From: Sminthopsis crassicaudata
Lineage: Eukaryota
DNA: 56,198 bases
Reading direction: 5' to 3'
Assembly: GCF_048593235.1 (NCBI RefSeq)
Contig: NC_133617.1
Location: forward strand, 755,067,897-755,124,094
Of this stretch, positions 1 through 12,059 are shown piece after piece. The notes beneath the pieces are model-generated. The model was not told the origin of the DNA. It saw only the letters and a program-made list of their open reading frames with translations, and made no database searches. The position numbers and the translations under genes were made by a program. Every line of letters begins with the position of its first letter. The first letter of the stretch is position 1.

Positions 1-329
1 TTTAATATTTTGCAAAAGGGAAAAAAAAGATCTCGTGTGTCCAAGTTTCCTTTCACAAAACAGACCAAAGAAGAGGCTGTTTCCTCAAATAATCTGTCCC
101 ACAGCAGAAAGAGCCAATAAATTCTTCTTGAATGCAGCTTCCCTCAGAGAAGTCCAATCATTAGGAAACTCTAAAGGGTGGGTTCCTATCTTTCTTAGGA
201 AGATGTGATTGAAGTCCGCCAAAGGCTGGCCCCTTTGTGGCTGCAAAAATGTTTTGGGAATGCTTTGATCACTGTTTCTCAATATATACTTTGTCTAAAA
301 AATATATTGATTTAAGAAGGTGAAAAATA

Positions 330-901
330 CACCATTTGTTTCCATGTTTGCTGGTGGAGAGGAGCTTATTTCCATTGTGAGTATAACTCTCTTTGTACGT
401 TAGTTCCTGTTCTTGGATTCCCAGAGTGTCCTGGGTTCTTTGTTCGTTTTATCTCTTCAAGGTTTCTGATCATTCCATTCTTTAATTCCTTCCCTGTATT
501 TATCATCCACTTGGTTATGTCCAGAGAGAATTCTTTATTTGGTGGTTGGCATTTTTTGTTTTTCTTCTAGCTTAGGTTCTTTCCATCCGTGACACCTTTT
601 CATTGCATCAGGACTCTGCGATGGTTTGCATGTTTTTTGAGTTTCTTTTGTTGACAAGTCAGTTGCTGTTTTTGAGCGGATGGTGAGGAGGGAAGCTCCT
701 TGGTGACCTCTCACTCTGCTCTACCTTCACTGGTCAGGAGCTTGTTTTTTGCCTTGCTCATGCTTTGTGGCTCTCTCTGCCCAGAAAGTAGAAGTTTTGC
801 CAGAGGAAGAGGAGTCTCCTGAGTAGTTTTTTTCTCTCTGAGAAGCTTCATATTTCTTGGTGTGGTAAGGAAGGATCAGAAAAGACAGACTTCCCTGCTT
901 G

Positions 902-956
<55 letters not shown>

Positions 957-1165
957 TGAGGGGCACAAATGATACTGAGAGGCAGATATGTTCTCATTAC
1001 TCCTGGGCTATCTGCCGTTCCTTCACCCATGAATGCTAGGCCTGGAAACTCCCTTTCTTGGATTTGCATTGCCTTCTTTCAGCTGAGTCTTGTGGGCTGT
1101 CAGACCTGAAAATCGCCCAAACTGAGCTGTGTGCTTTCCTGGGAGGTGTTCAGCCATGTCTGAAG
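330..1165 (-). mobile_element. Old L1 5'UTR/ORF1 remnant, interrupted by a (GT)n tract
   Basis: T-rich antisense text resembling marsupial L1 ORF1/5' region; recognised by eye, boundaries approximate. Confidence 0.5.
900..955. repeat. (GT)n microsatellite
   Basis: Directly visible, one interruption. Confidence 0.98.
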
Positions 1166-1304
1166 TTTGTGGGAACCATGGACCGACAGATCTTGAGAAT
1201 AGCCATCTGATAGCAGAGGCAGCTAAGTAGTGAAGGGAATCTTCATAATAAATACAATAATTTCTAAATAATAGCTATTTCTATAGTGTTCACTATGTGA
1301 AATG

Positions 1305-1680
1305 TTTAATCATTTCAGTCATATATGTGATCCCATGTAGAGTTTTCTTGCTAAAGATCCTAGAATAGGTTCGCATTTTTTTTCCTCCAGTCTATTTTAT
1401 AGATAAAAAAAACCGAGACAACAAGGTTAGCTGTCCTGCCCAACTTCATACAGCGAGCAAATGCCTGGGGTGAATTTTTTTTTTTTTAAGTGACTTGCCC
1501 AGGGTCACACAGCTAGGAAGTGTTAAGTGTCTGAGAGCAGATTTGAACTCGGGTCCTCCTGAATTCAGGGCTGGTGCTCTAGCCACTGCGCCACCTAGCT
1601 GCCCTGTGGGGTGAAATTTGAACTCAGATCTGTCCTGTCTCCAAACCCAGGGCTTTGTCCACTGTACCAGCGAGCTGCTC
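1305..1680 (-). mobile_element. MAR1-type CORE-SINE, split by a WSINE1
   Basis: Antisense BovB-like tail (gttttcttgctaaagatcct) followed by antisense CORE and tRNA-like head. Confidence 0.7.
1475..1604 (-). mobile_element. WSINE1-type CORE-SINE, young
   Basis: Poly-T then aagtgacttgcccagggtcacacagctagg...ccacctagctgccc; TSD tggggtgaa at 1466-1474 and 1607-1615. Confidence 0.93.
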
Positions 1681-1681
1681 T

Positions 1682-1895
1682 TAGGATAAAGTGCTGGATC
1701 AGAAGTTCAGATCTTGCCTCAGGAACTTCTTAGCCCAGAGGCCTGGCAAGCCATTTAGCTCTTGCTAGTCTCAGTCTCCTCTCTTATAAAATAGAGATAT
1801 TAATAAAGTCTACCCCTTAGTATTGGTAGAGGGATTGAATGAGATAAAGTGTTTAGCACAGCATGTGGCATATAATAGGTGCTGTAAAAAGCTGA
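1682..1895 (+). mobile_element. MIR SINE
   Basis: CORE-like ctcagtctcctctcttataaaatagagat and L2-like tail aaagtgtttagcacagcatgtggcatataataggtg. Confidence 0.75.
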
Positions 1896-2084
1896 TATTG
1901 TTGCTATCTAGTTCAGCCCATCTAACAAGAGGTCTTTATGTTTCTGCATGAAAACATCCTTGCAGAAATTAGTGTCCAGTGAGTGTCCAATTTCTTGGGC
2001 TAATTATTGGCATTATTTTTCTGTTCACAGGTTTAGATCGGCCTCTCTGCAGATCCCATACACTGCTCTTCATTCATGGGTTCA

Positions 2085-2240
2085 AGAGCTGGAAAGAGCC
2101 TCAGGGTCATCGTAGTCCAGTCATCTCACTTTTCAGATGAGGAAAGTGAGATCCAAGAAATCCACGTAAGTTGTTCAATGTCTCACTGGAAGGAAATATC
2201 ACAAGTGGGACTGGAATCCAGATCCTCTGACTATAGTCAC
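2085..2240 (-). mobile_element. MIR3-like SINE
   Basis: cacttttcagatgaggaaagtgagatcc antisense CORE. Confidence 0.65.
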
Positions 2241-2879
2241 GACCTCTTTCCCTGAATTCTGATTTTTCCAGATGGGATCATAGATGAAATTCAACATCTT
2301 GTCCATGTGAGAACTTTTCAGACCCATGAAGGTGGCCATCTTGTCCCCCTCAGATTTTCTTTTCTGGGCTTCTTCTTGAGTTCTAACAACTGATCCTTAC
2401 TAAACATGGACTAGCTTTTTGGGTTTCCATATTTTAGTTGATCTATTTTATATTCATTGTGTAATTTTATATATTTCCCTCCAAAAGATGAAAGCACATT
2501 GAGGGCAGGAAATGCTTTCTGGTTTGTCTTTGGAACTTTGATGTCTCAGTCAACTCTTATCCTAATATAAAATATTCAAGAAATACTTGTGAATATAGGA
2601 ACAGATATGATTCTGCTGACTTATATGAGCTTGAATGTTTACTAAAACCCTCAATTCTTTTACAGGAAAGAAACAAGAAATCTGCTCTTTGATTAGATCT
2701 GCATTTTTGATCTCTGGTAAGTGATTGTTTGAGCCACTTCTCAGATTTTGCATTTATTTATATTAACCGCCTGACTGTATGCTCTGGTCTGTCATGATCC
2801 TTGTTCCTGTTTTGGTCATTCATCAAGTTCAGTCGTCTTGAGTTGTTCTCTTATGATCAGGAACAAAGCCTGAAGTTCT

Positions 2880-3480
2880 TGTAACTTAAATTGTAATTTA
2901 AAAGGAAGTGCTATTGGAGCGGGGACATTTGAGGGAAGTGTGGACTGCCAATGACTGAAAGGAATTTGGGCTACTAAGAGGAAGCTGTGGGGAGGGAGAG
3001 CTCAGTAAGCATTGGGGAAAAACGAGCACAAAGGCCCAGAAGTAGGAGAAGCGACACTGTAGAAAAGGAACAGCAAGGTCAGCACTTTGGTTGGCACTTG
3101 GACTGTGAAGGGAGAAACGAGAAAAACTGTCTGCAAGGGAATCATAAAGGCTAATGGAAACGCAAGCAAGAGGAGTTATATTTTACTCCAGAGGCAACAA
3201 GGGGGCTCTGAAGCTTCCTGACTAGAAGCGGGACCTAGTCAGCCTTATTCCTTAAGGTTATTTTAGCAGCTGCACTGATGTTGAATTGGAAATGAGAGAG
3301 CTTGGAAGGAAGGATACTGACTGAGAGGTATGAGGAGAGAGTGACTTATGGACTGGGAGGGCAATGACTATCTGAGTGGGGAGGAGCCCACTGGGGAAAG
3401 AAGGGAAGAAACAGAATCAACAAAGTCTAACAACCGATAGCAGACATATCCAGGGCTGTGATCTGATATGGCATGGGCAG
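2880..3480 (-). mobile_element. L2 LINE fragment
   Basis: Purine-rich antisense L2 text; highly diverged. Confidence 0.5.
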
Positions 3481-3704
3481 GCGTCTGCTGAAGCCAGATT
3501 TTGCAAAGGAATTGGCAGGAACATTACAAAGCCTTGTAGGCAGGAACAGTGACTAAAGCCTTGAACGGCCAAAGGCATTCTATGATTAGGAGCTTCTGAG
3601 AGAATCTGGTCTTAACGAGGTGATTCAGACCAGGTCCAATGCTCTTGTGATGGAGAGAGCCATCTGCACCCAGGGACAGGACTGTGGGGACTGAGTGTGG
3701 AACA

Positions 3705-3980
3705 CAACAGAGCATGCTCACTCCTTTTGTTGTTGTTTGTTTGGTTTTTCTTTTCTTTCTCATTTTTTTTCCTTTTGGATCTGATTTTTCTTGTGCATCA
3801 TGGTAAATATGCATAGAAGAATTGCACATCTTTAACCTATATTGGATTACTTGCTGTTGAGGAAAGAGGGGAGGGAAGTAGGGTAGGGAGAACAAAAATT
3901 GAAACAAGGGTTTTGCAAGAGTGGATGTTGAAAACTATCATGCATGTGTTTTTGAAAATGAAAAAAGCTTTATAAAAAAA
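3705..3980 (+). mobile_element. L1 3'UTR fragment
   Basis: Homologous to in-window copies at 28475 and 30715 (tttggatctgatttttcttgtgca...tttaacctatattggattacttgc), A-rich tail. Confidence 0.85.
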
Positions 3981-4187
3981 GAATCTAGTCTTCAAAGGAC
4001 CAGGTCTGATCCTGGGGTCTGATCCCAAAACTGATAGTCTCACTCGTTGGCTTGTTATCTCCACCTCCAACTATCCCTCACCTGAGGATTCCTTCAGGAA
4101 AATCTATGGATGTTCACTATAGTTTTTCCTACCTTTTGGCTTCTTTCCTAATTCATACAAATGTGCATGGAACTTCACATAATTTTA

Positions 4188-7100
4188 TTTTTTTGATACT
4201 TTATTTTTTATTAATTTTATAATTATAACTTTTTTGACAGTACATATGCATGAGTAATTTTTTACAACATTATTCCTTGCACTCACTTCTGTTCCGAATT
4301 TTCCCCTCCTTCCCTCCACCTCCTCCCCTAGATGGCAGGCAGTCCCATACATGTTAAATGTGTTATATTATGTCCTAGATACAATATATGTGTGCAGAAC
4401 AGAATTTCTTGTTGCACGGGAAGAATTGGATTCAGAAGATAAAAATAACCTGGGAAGAAAAACAAAAATGCAGTTTACACTCATTTCCCAGTGTTCCTTT
4501 TCTGGATGTAGCTGATTCTGTTCATCATTGATCAATTGGAACTGGATTAGATCTTCTCTTTGTTGAAGATATCCACTTCCATCAGAATACATCCTTACAC
4601 AGTATTGTTGTTGAAGTGTATAATGATCTCCTGGTTCTGCTCATTTCACTCAGCATCAGTTCAAGCCTCTCTGTATTGATCCTGCTGGTCAATAATATTC
4701 CATAACATTCATATACCATAATTTACCCAACCATTCTCCAATTGATAGACATCCATTCATTTTCCAGTTTCTAGCCATTACAAAAAGGGCTGCCACAAAC
4801 ATTCTTGCACACACAGGTCCCTTTCCCTTCTTTAGTATTTCTTTGGGAAATAAGCCCAGTAGTAGCACTGCTGGATCAAAGGTATGCACAGTTTGATAAC
4901 TTTTGGGGCATAATTCCAGATTGCTCTCCAGAATGGTTGGATTCTTTTACAACTCCACCAACAATGCATTAGTGTCCTAATTTTCCCACATCCCCTCCAA
5001 CATTCATCATTATTTTTACCTGTCATCTTAGCCAATCTGACAGGTGTGTAGTGGTATCTCAGAGTTGTCTTAATTTGCATTTCTCTGATCAGTAGTGATT
5101 TGGAACACTCTTTCATATGAGCGGAAATAGTTTCAATTTCATCATCTGAAAATTGTCTGTTCATATCCTTTGACCATTTATCAATTGGAGAATGGCTTGA
5201 TTTCGTATAAATTAGAGTCAGTTCTCTGTATATTTTGGAAATGAGGCCTTTATCAGAAACTTTAACTGTAAAAAATATTTTCCCAGTTTGTTATTTCCCT
5301 TCTAATCTTATTTGCATTAGTTTTGTTTGTACAAAAGCTTTTTAATTTGATGTAATCAAAATTTTCTATTTTGTGATCAGTAATGTTCTCTAGTTCTCCT
5401 TTGGTCACAAATTCCTTCCTCCTCCACAAGTCTGAGAGGTAAACTATCCTATGTTCCTCTAATTTATTTATGATCTCGTTCTTTATGCCTAAATCATGGA
5501 CCCATTTTGATCTTATCTTGGTATGTAGTGTTAAGTGTGGGTCCATGCCTGATTTCTGCCATACTAATTTCCAGTTTTCCCAGCAGTTTTTGTCAAATAA
5601 TGAATTCTTATCCCAAAAGTTGGGATCTTTGGGTTTGTACTAGATTGCTATAGTCGTTTACTATTTTGTCCTGTGAACCTAACCTATTCCACTGATCAAC
5701 TAGTCTATTTCTTAGCCAATACCAAATGGTTTTGGTGACTGCTGCTTTATAATATCATTTTAGATCAGGTACAGCTAGGCCACCTTCATTTGAGTTTTTT
5801 TTCCCATTAATTCCCTTCAAATTCTCTACCTTTTGTTCTTCCATGTGAATTTTATTGTTATTTTTTTCTAGGTCATTGAAATAGTTTCTTGGGAGTCTGA
5901 TTGGTATAGCATTAAATAAATAGATTAGTTTAGGGAGTATTGTCATCTTTATTATATTCGCTTGGCCTATCCAAGAGTACTTAATGTCTTTCCAGTTATT
6001 TAAATCTGACTTTATTTTTGTGGTAAGTGTTTTGTAATTGTGCTCATATAATTCCTGATTTTCCTTTGGTGGATGGATTCCCAAATATTTTATACTATCA
6101 ACAGTTATTTTGAATGGAATTTCTCTTTGTATCTCTTGCTGTTGGATTTTGTTGGTGATGTATAAAAATGCTGAGGATTTATGTGGATTTATTTTGTATC
6201 CTGCAGCTTTGCTAACATTGTGAATTATTTCTAATAGCTTTTTAGTTGAATCTCGGGTTCTCTAAGTATACCATCATATCTTCTGTAAAGAGTGATAGTT
6301 TGGTTTCCTCATTACCTTATTGCCAAGGCTAGCATTTCTAATACAATATTGGATAGTAATGGTGATAATGGGCAACCTTGTTTCACTCCTGATCTTACTG
6401 GGAAAGGTTCCAGTTTATCCCCATTACTTGTGATGCTTACTGACTGTTTTAAATATATGCTCCTGATTATTTTAAGGAATAGTCCATTTATTCCTATACT
6501 TTCAAGTGTTTTAGTAGGAATGGATGTTGGATTTTATCAAATGCTTTTTCTGCATCTATTGAGATGACCATATGGTTTTTGTTAATTTGATTATTAGTAT
6601 GGTCAATTATACTAATAGTTTTCCTAATATTAAACCAGCCCTGCATTCCTGGCATAAATCCTACTTGATCATGGTGTATTATCCTGGGGATGCTTTTCTG
6701 TAGTCTTTTTGCTAATATCTTATTTAAGATTTTAGCATCAATATTCATTAAGGAGATTGGTCTATAGTTTTCTTTCTCAGTTTTCAACCTACCTGGTATA
6801 GGTATCAGTACCATGTCTGTGTCATAAAAGGAATTTGGTAGGACTCCTTCATTCCCTATTTTTTTCAAATAGTTTCAAATATAACATTGGGACTAATTGT
6901 TCTTTAAATGCTTAGTAGAATTCACATGTAAATCCATCTGGTCCTGGGGACTTTTTCTTAGGGAGCTGATTAATAGCTTGTTCTATTTCTTTTTCTGAAA
7001 TGGGACTATTTAAGCAATTTACTTCCTCCTCTGTTAATCTGGGAAGCCTATATTTTTGGAGGTCATCATCCATTTCACTTAGGCTATCAAATTTATTGGC

Positions 7101-7831
7101 ATAAAGTTGGGCAAAGTAACTTCTTATTATTGTTCTAATTTCCTCCTCATTGGTAGAAAGTTCCCCCTTTTCATTTTTAAGACTAACAATTTGATTTTCC
7201 TCTTTCCTTTTTCTGATCAGATTTACCAAAGGTTAATCTATTTTATTGGTTATTTCATAAAACCAACTCTTAGTTTTATTTATTAATTCAATAATTTTTT
7301 TACTTTCAGTATTATTAATTTCTCCTTTTAATTTTAGAATTTCAAGTTTAGTATTTGATTGGGGGGTTTTAATTTGGTCTTTTTCTAGCTTTTTAAGTTG
7401 TAAGCCCAATTCATTGATCTTCTCTTTCTCTCTTTTCAAGTAAGCCTCCAAAGATATAAAAAATTTCCCCTTATTACAGCTTTAGCTGCACCCCGCAAAT
7501 TTTGGTATGATGTCTCATCGCTGTCATTATCTTGAGTGAAATTATTAATTGTGTCTACAATTTGCTGTTTCACCCAATCATTATTTAAGATGAGATTATT
7601 TAGTTTCCAATTACTTTTTGGTCTATTTACCCCTTTTTGTTGAATGTAGTTTTTATTGCATCGTGATCTGAAAAGAAAGCATTTACTATTTCTGCCTTCC
7701 TGAATTTAATTTTGAGATCTTTATGTCCTAATATGGTCAATTTTTGTATAGATTCCATGAACTGCTGAGAAGAAAGTATACTCTTTTCTGTCACCATTCA
7801 ATTTTCTCCAAAGATCTATCATACCTAATTG
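4188..7831 (-). mobile_element. 5'-truncated L1 (~3.6 kb)
   Basis: TSD cttcacat(a/c)atttta at 4173-4187 and 7832-7846 (14/15); T-rich tail at left; ORF2 fragments throughout. Confidence 0.97.
4689..7830 (-). pseudogene. L1 ORF2 (endonuclease end, reverse transcriptase, C-terminal domain), frameshifted
   Basis: ORF-track pieces [75 protein letters not shown] are standard L1 ORF2p motifs. Confidence 0.95.
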
Positions 7832-7849
7832 CTTCACATCATTTTAAAA

Positions 7850-9060
7850 AAGAACCCTCACTTGCTCCAATCATACCCTCTAGGTATTTTCCTAGATCTC
7901 TTTTTTCCTCCTCAGTTCAACTCCCTGAGAAAACAGTCTATACCAGCAGTCTTCACTTTCTCCCCTCTTGCTTTCTTTGTTGTCTGGCTTCTGACATCGT
8001 TTGATGAAACTGAATTTCAGTGACAATTCTTCTAATTTATCACTGATTTCTTACTTTTCTAATCTAATTCAATTTCCTCGATATCTTCATCATTTTTTTT
8101 TCACTGAGGCAATTGAGGTTAAGTGACTTGCCCAGTATCACACACTAGAAAGTGTTAAGTGTCTGAGACCAAATTTGAATCCAGGTCCTCCTGATTTCAG
8201 GGCTGGTGCTCTATCCACTGCACCATCTAGCTTCTCCCAATATGTTCATAATTTTTAAAGGTTCTGCAAACTGTGATGACACTTGCCCCTGGATAGCTTC
8301 TTCTTTTCATTTTTTTGCATGTGTATGTGACTATGCTCTCTCCTAGTTTCTTCCCTAAATATCTGAGTCTTCTTCTCAATCTCCTTTGCTAGATAGTCAC
8401 CGATGTCATGACTTTTATTGACCATTGATCTGTAATGGAGCCTCTACTCTTTCTAATCTATACTCTATCATTTGATGATTTCCTTAGCTCTCATGGATTC
8501 AACCATCAGCTCTATACACTTGATTCCCTGGTCTATGTACGAAGCCCTATTCTCTTTTGAGTTCCAGGCCCACATTATCAAGTAGTTCTTAAAAATCTTA
8601 AGCTGGACATCCTATACACATCTCAACTTTAATATATCCCCAATATATTGATCTTTCCCCTAACACCTTTCCTCTTTCCTACCCCCCCCCCCCGTTGTGA
8701 TGGAAAACATCCTCCTTATATCCCAAGCTCCAAACCTCAGTTTCATCCTCAGCTTCTCACGTCCAGATTGTTGCTTAGTCCCGTCATTCCCATCACTGCC
8801 TCCATAGCAGCTTGGAATTGGGCTTTGGATTGGTTAGAGTTCCATTCTCTCTACTCACACAGACACTGTGTACATTGCTAATCACCTGTGCCTCATGTAA
8901 TTACTTCTTTTAGTTATTCTCTTTACCTCAGGTCTCTCCCTACTCCATTTAAGTTTCCACTCACTTACCAAAGAGACATTTCTAAATCATAGATCTCATA
9001 TTCCCCATTGCCTCCTACTCCATGCCATAAACTTCAATAGCTACTTATTATAAAATAAAG
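7850..9060 (+). mobile_element. L2 LINE (RT region), split by a WSINE1
   Basis: Pyrimidine-rich L2 text (catggattcaaccatcagctctatacacttgattccc; acatctcaactttaatatatcc). Confidence 0.75.
8093..8238 (-). mobile_element. WSINE1-type SINE
   Basis: gaggcaattgaggttaagtgacttgccc...ccactgcaccatctagc; degenerate TSD atatcttcatcatttt / atatgttcataatttt. Confidence 0.92.
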
Positions 9061-9149
9061 GTTGAGTTCCTAGGTCCCCTAATTACTTTTTGGAGAAAAA
9101 TCAGGTTGCAGAGACTATATTGAGATTGTATCATTCGTGTTCATGATAT

Positions 9150-9700
9150 GAGGCAGTTCAGTGACATATTAGGTGGACTATTGGGCTTGGAGTGAGGAAG
9201 ACCTGAGTTTTAATCCTGCCTCAGAAGCATTATTGTTTTGTGGGCAAATCATTTAAGGTGTCTTGGACTCAATTTTCTTTTTCTTTTTTTTTTTTTTGAC
9301 AAAAAGTAGGTTTATTTAGAAGAGATTACAGATAAAATGAGGAAATATAACAGACAACATAAATGGTAAATATGAAATAGTGTTGGAAGAGTACATAGCA
9401 AGGAAAAGGTTTTATGGATTTAGCATATGTTTCTATCAGTTTTAACATATATTAGATTACTTGCCATCTAGGGGAGAGGGTGAGGAAATGGGGAGGGAAT
9501 GGAATACAAGGCTGTATAAAGATTAATGTTGAACAATTATCCATATATATGTTTTGAAAATAAAAAGGTTTAATAAAAAAATAATGGACTCAATTTTCTA
9601 CCTGTTGAATGAGGATGATGAAAATAACATCTACTTAACAAGATTGTTGTAAAGATCGGGGAAACACGGAGCACTTTGCACATCTTAAAGCTGATATTGA
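9150..9700 (+). mobile_element. MIR SINE interrupted by a 306-bp insertion
   Basis: gaggaagacctgagttttaatcctgcc head; CORE continues after 9599. Confidence 0.75.
9279..9584. mobile_element. Chimeric retro-insertion: polyadenylated minus-strand segment joined to a plus-strand L1 3' end
   Basis: Perfect 15-bp TSD tggactcaattttct at 9264-9278 and 9585-9599; T4CT14 at left; minus-strand AATAAA at 9311-9316; L1 3'UTR from ~9440. Confidence 0.85.
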
Positions 9701-10405
9701 GCTGGAGCTCCTTCTTGGGGGGGGGCAGTAACTTTCCATTTTAGTTATTGCAGTGAATGGGCCCAGCTTAGGCTGCCCTGGGGGATAAGCAGGCCCAGAA
9801 TTGCACAGTGGAGATGGGGAGGCATGGGGGGGGTGGAAACCTTCAAATAGGTAGGGACAGAGCCTGGCCTTAAGCTGTTAGAAACCAGGAATCAATGTTT
9901 TTTGGTCAGTACTGGTGACTGTTTGCTTGGGGCTCTTTCTCCATCCCCCCTACCCCCCAATTTGATTGTTGCCGTTGTTCCTTTCTTGTCATACAGTCTC
10001 CAGAGAGGCCATCAAAATGCTTCCTATGGCACAGAATAAAAGAGTCTGAAATCTGAGCCGTGTTAAACTGGTGAGGGAGAGGGCCCTGGGCATGAAGGCC
10101 TCGCTCGCCATCCACAGACCAAAGCAGTTAGGCTTAATTGAAAAGAGGAAACACTTGCTCAGGTGCAGACCTGACTGGCTGCTGGCCATTGTGATTCGGG
10201 CTTTGCTGGTTTTTGGTCCAGAAGGACCAGCCGGGGCCCTTCTGGCTGCCGGGGAATTGATGGAGCAGCCTATTCGGCATCCTCCCTCGTTCCCAGGGCC
10301 CCAGAGTTCCAGGCAGCAGATCGATGCCTCCTCCCGGGGAGATGTTCTCTTTCTCACGACTCAGCAGGCTTGTGGTCCATCATCTGAGTAATGAGTCCTC
10401 AGGCT

Positions 10406-10425
10406 CCCCCCCCCCCCCCCCCCCC
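10406..10425. repeat. C20 homopolymer (G-quadruplex potential on the minus strand)
   Basis: Directly visible. Confidence 0.9.
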
Positions 10426-11002
10426 GAAAGTGTTGGCAAGGCCATTTCTGAAAGCATGACTGATGTGTCTTTAACCAAGGAAGAGACCCAGCAGGACTGT
10501 GGGCAGGACAGAGGGCAGCATGGCAGCCCAGGGGGAGCTGACTCTTTCTGCCTTTTAAGCATCCGGCCCTTCGTTACACTCTGTGCATCATCTCCATGGA
10601 GACTGTCACAGCACTCTTCTAATATTCCAAACAGATGCAGGCTCTGCTTTAGAAACTCTAGTTAGCAGATGTTTTCAGAGGCTTGTTCTTTCGAGGGACC
10701 CATTTTCTCGGATCCCCTGGTACCCATTATTCCTCTTATGTCTGCAAGAAGGAGGTGCCCTACTGAATACTTCTTAGTAAAAGGAACAGTTCCCAGGAAT
10801 ACAGTTTCAGAGCTCTCTTATCAAACGATTCATCCATATGTATGTGTGTGTGAGTCCATGTGTCCATAGGGATGTCTATGTGTGTATACAGATGAATTTT
10901 ATACATGGGACAGCTAAAGACTTAAATACTGTCTTAAGACCTGCAGCAAGGATGAATTCTGATTGGGAAGAAGTAGTGTTTTAAAGCAAGACCTTCTGTG
11001 CT

Positions 11003-11245
11003 CACCACATCCTTTGTTGTACATCCTTTGTTCCAAAGAGGGACAATAGAATCATGGAGGGATGTTTTATCTGCACTTGAACCGGATTTAAGTGAGACAG
11101 AGCTGAATTGCTCAGAGTCATCAAAGTCCAGTGATAAAAGTCAGGATGACTGGCAATGGCCTGGGATGCAGTGGATGACCTCAGCATCTTCCATATCTGA
11201 CCAAGCTATAAGTGCTCCACAGCACCCGCTTTTTCTGCTTTCATG
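11003..11245 (-). mobile_element. RTE-tailed SINE (WALLSI/RTESINE type)
   Basis: Antisense RTE tail ttgttgtacatcctttgttccaaagaggg; related to in-window copies at 13380 and 33845. Confidence 0.7.
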
Positions 11246-11414
11246 CTTATTGGAAGAAGTTATTCTCATCCACCCATTCTGCCTGGAAAAGTCTTCATAG
11301 GATCAGGGTAGACTTTATCCTAACTCTCTGATGGCTTCAAAGCCTGTCGGTTCCCCTCATCCTGGTTTATTTTGTCTGGTGAGATAGTTTTATTGGAGAA
11401 CTAGTATCTCTGGT

Positions 11415-11650
11415 TGGGGCTGTGCTCTATGAGCAAAGCAGAATTGAATTAGCTCAGAAGAAACACACAAAGTTAGGAACCTCCTCCCACCCCCTGCCAA
11501 ATATTCATAGGGACAATTTGTGTCCTATCTGTGGCAGAGCATTCCGAGCTCATATTAGTCTGATCAGCCACAGTTGTACCCACTGTAAGTTGACTCTATT
11601 ATAGTGTGTCATTTGGGTCCTCTTCAAGAACAAAGGAAAACAACGGCCCA
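11415..11650 (+). mobile_element. 3' end of an RTE-clade LINE with C-terminal C2H2-like zinc finger
   Basis: ORF 11422-11604 LYEQSRIELAQKK...CPICGRAFRAHISLISHSCTH, then RTE tail ggtcctcttcaagaacaaaggaaaacaac. Confidence 0.8.
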
Positions 11651-11843
11651 ACAGTATTGTACTTAATAAAATGCACCGATGATTAACCTTGACAGTGGAA
11701 ATGGCACAAAGGCCTCTAATTCATAAGTTTGTTCATTGTTCTTCATTTGAGACATAAGCCAGGGGTGAGTTTCCATTGAGAACAGACATAATACATGACA
11801 ATCACCTTCCCATGTGAACCAATATTGAAGAGAAGCTTCAAGA

Positions 11844-11959
11844 TAAAAAAGTATGGAGGAAATTAGACTGGAATCTTATTTTTTTTTAAAATCAGTCAAT
11901 GATGGATTGACTGATTTAAAAAAATAAGATTCCAATCTAATTTCCTCCATACTTTTTTA
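11844..11959. repeat. Long near-perfect palindrome (57/54-nt arms, 5-nt loop)
   Basis: Arms 11844-11900 and 11906-11959 pair at 53 positions with 1 mismatch and 3 extra nt in homopolymer runs. Confidence 0.95.
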
Positions 11960-12059
11960 CATCCTGTTTTTTCTCTGTTCTTTTTTTCCTACATTTGGAT
12001 CCACCACTCACCTTCAAAATCTATTTGTTATCTTCCACACACTCTGAAACCAATTGGAC

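Noticed and set aside
727-1069. His/Thr-repeat ORFs (also 47764-48200 and Val/Cys ORFs elsewhere)
   Set aside because: Translations of (CA)n/(GT)n microsatellites.
1475-1604. tRNA-like sequence in SINE heads; spaced direct repeats as a CRISPR-like pattern
   Set aside because: These are SINE Pol III A/B boxes and TSDs; no tRNA, rRNA, snRNA gene or CRISPR array is supported.
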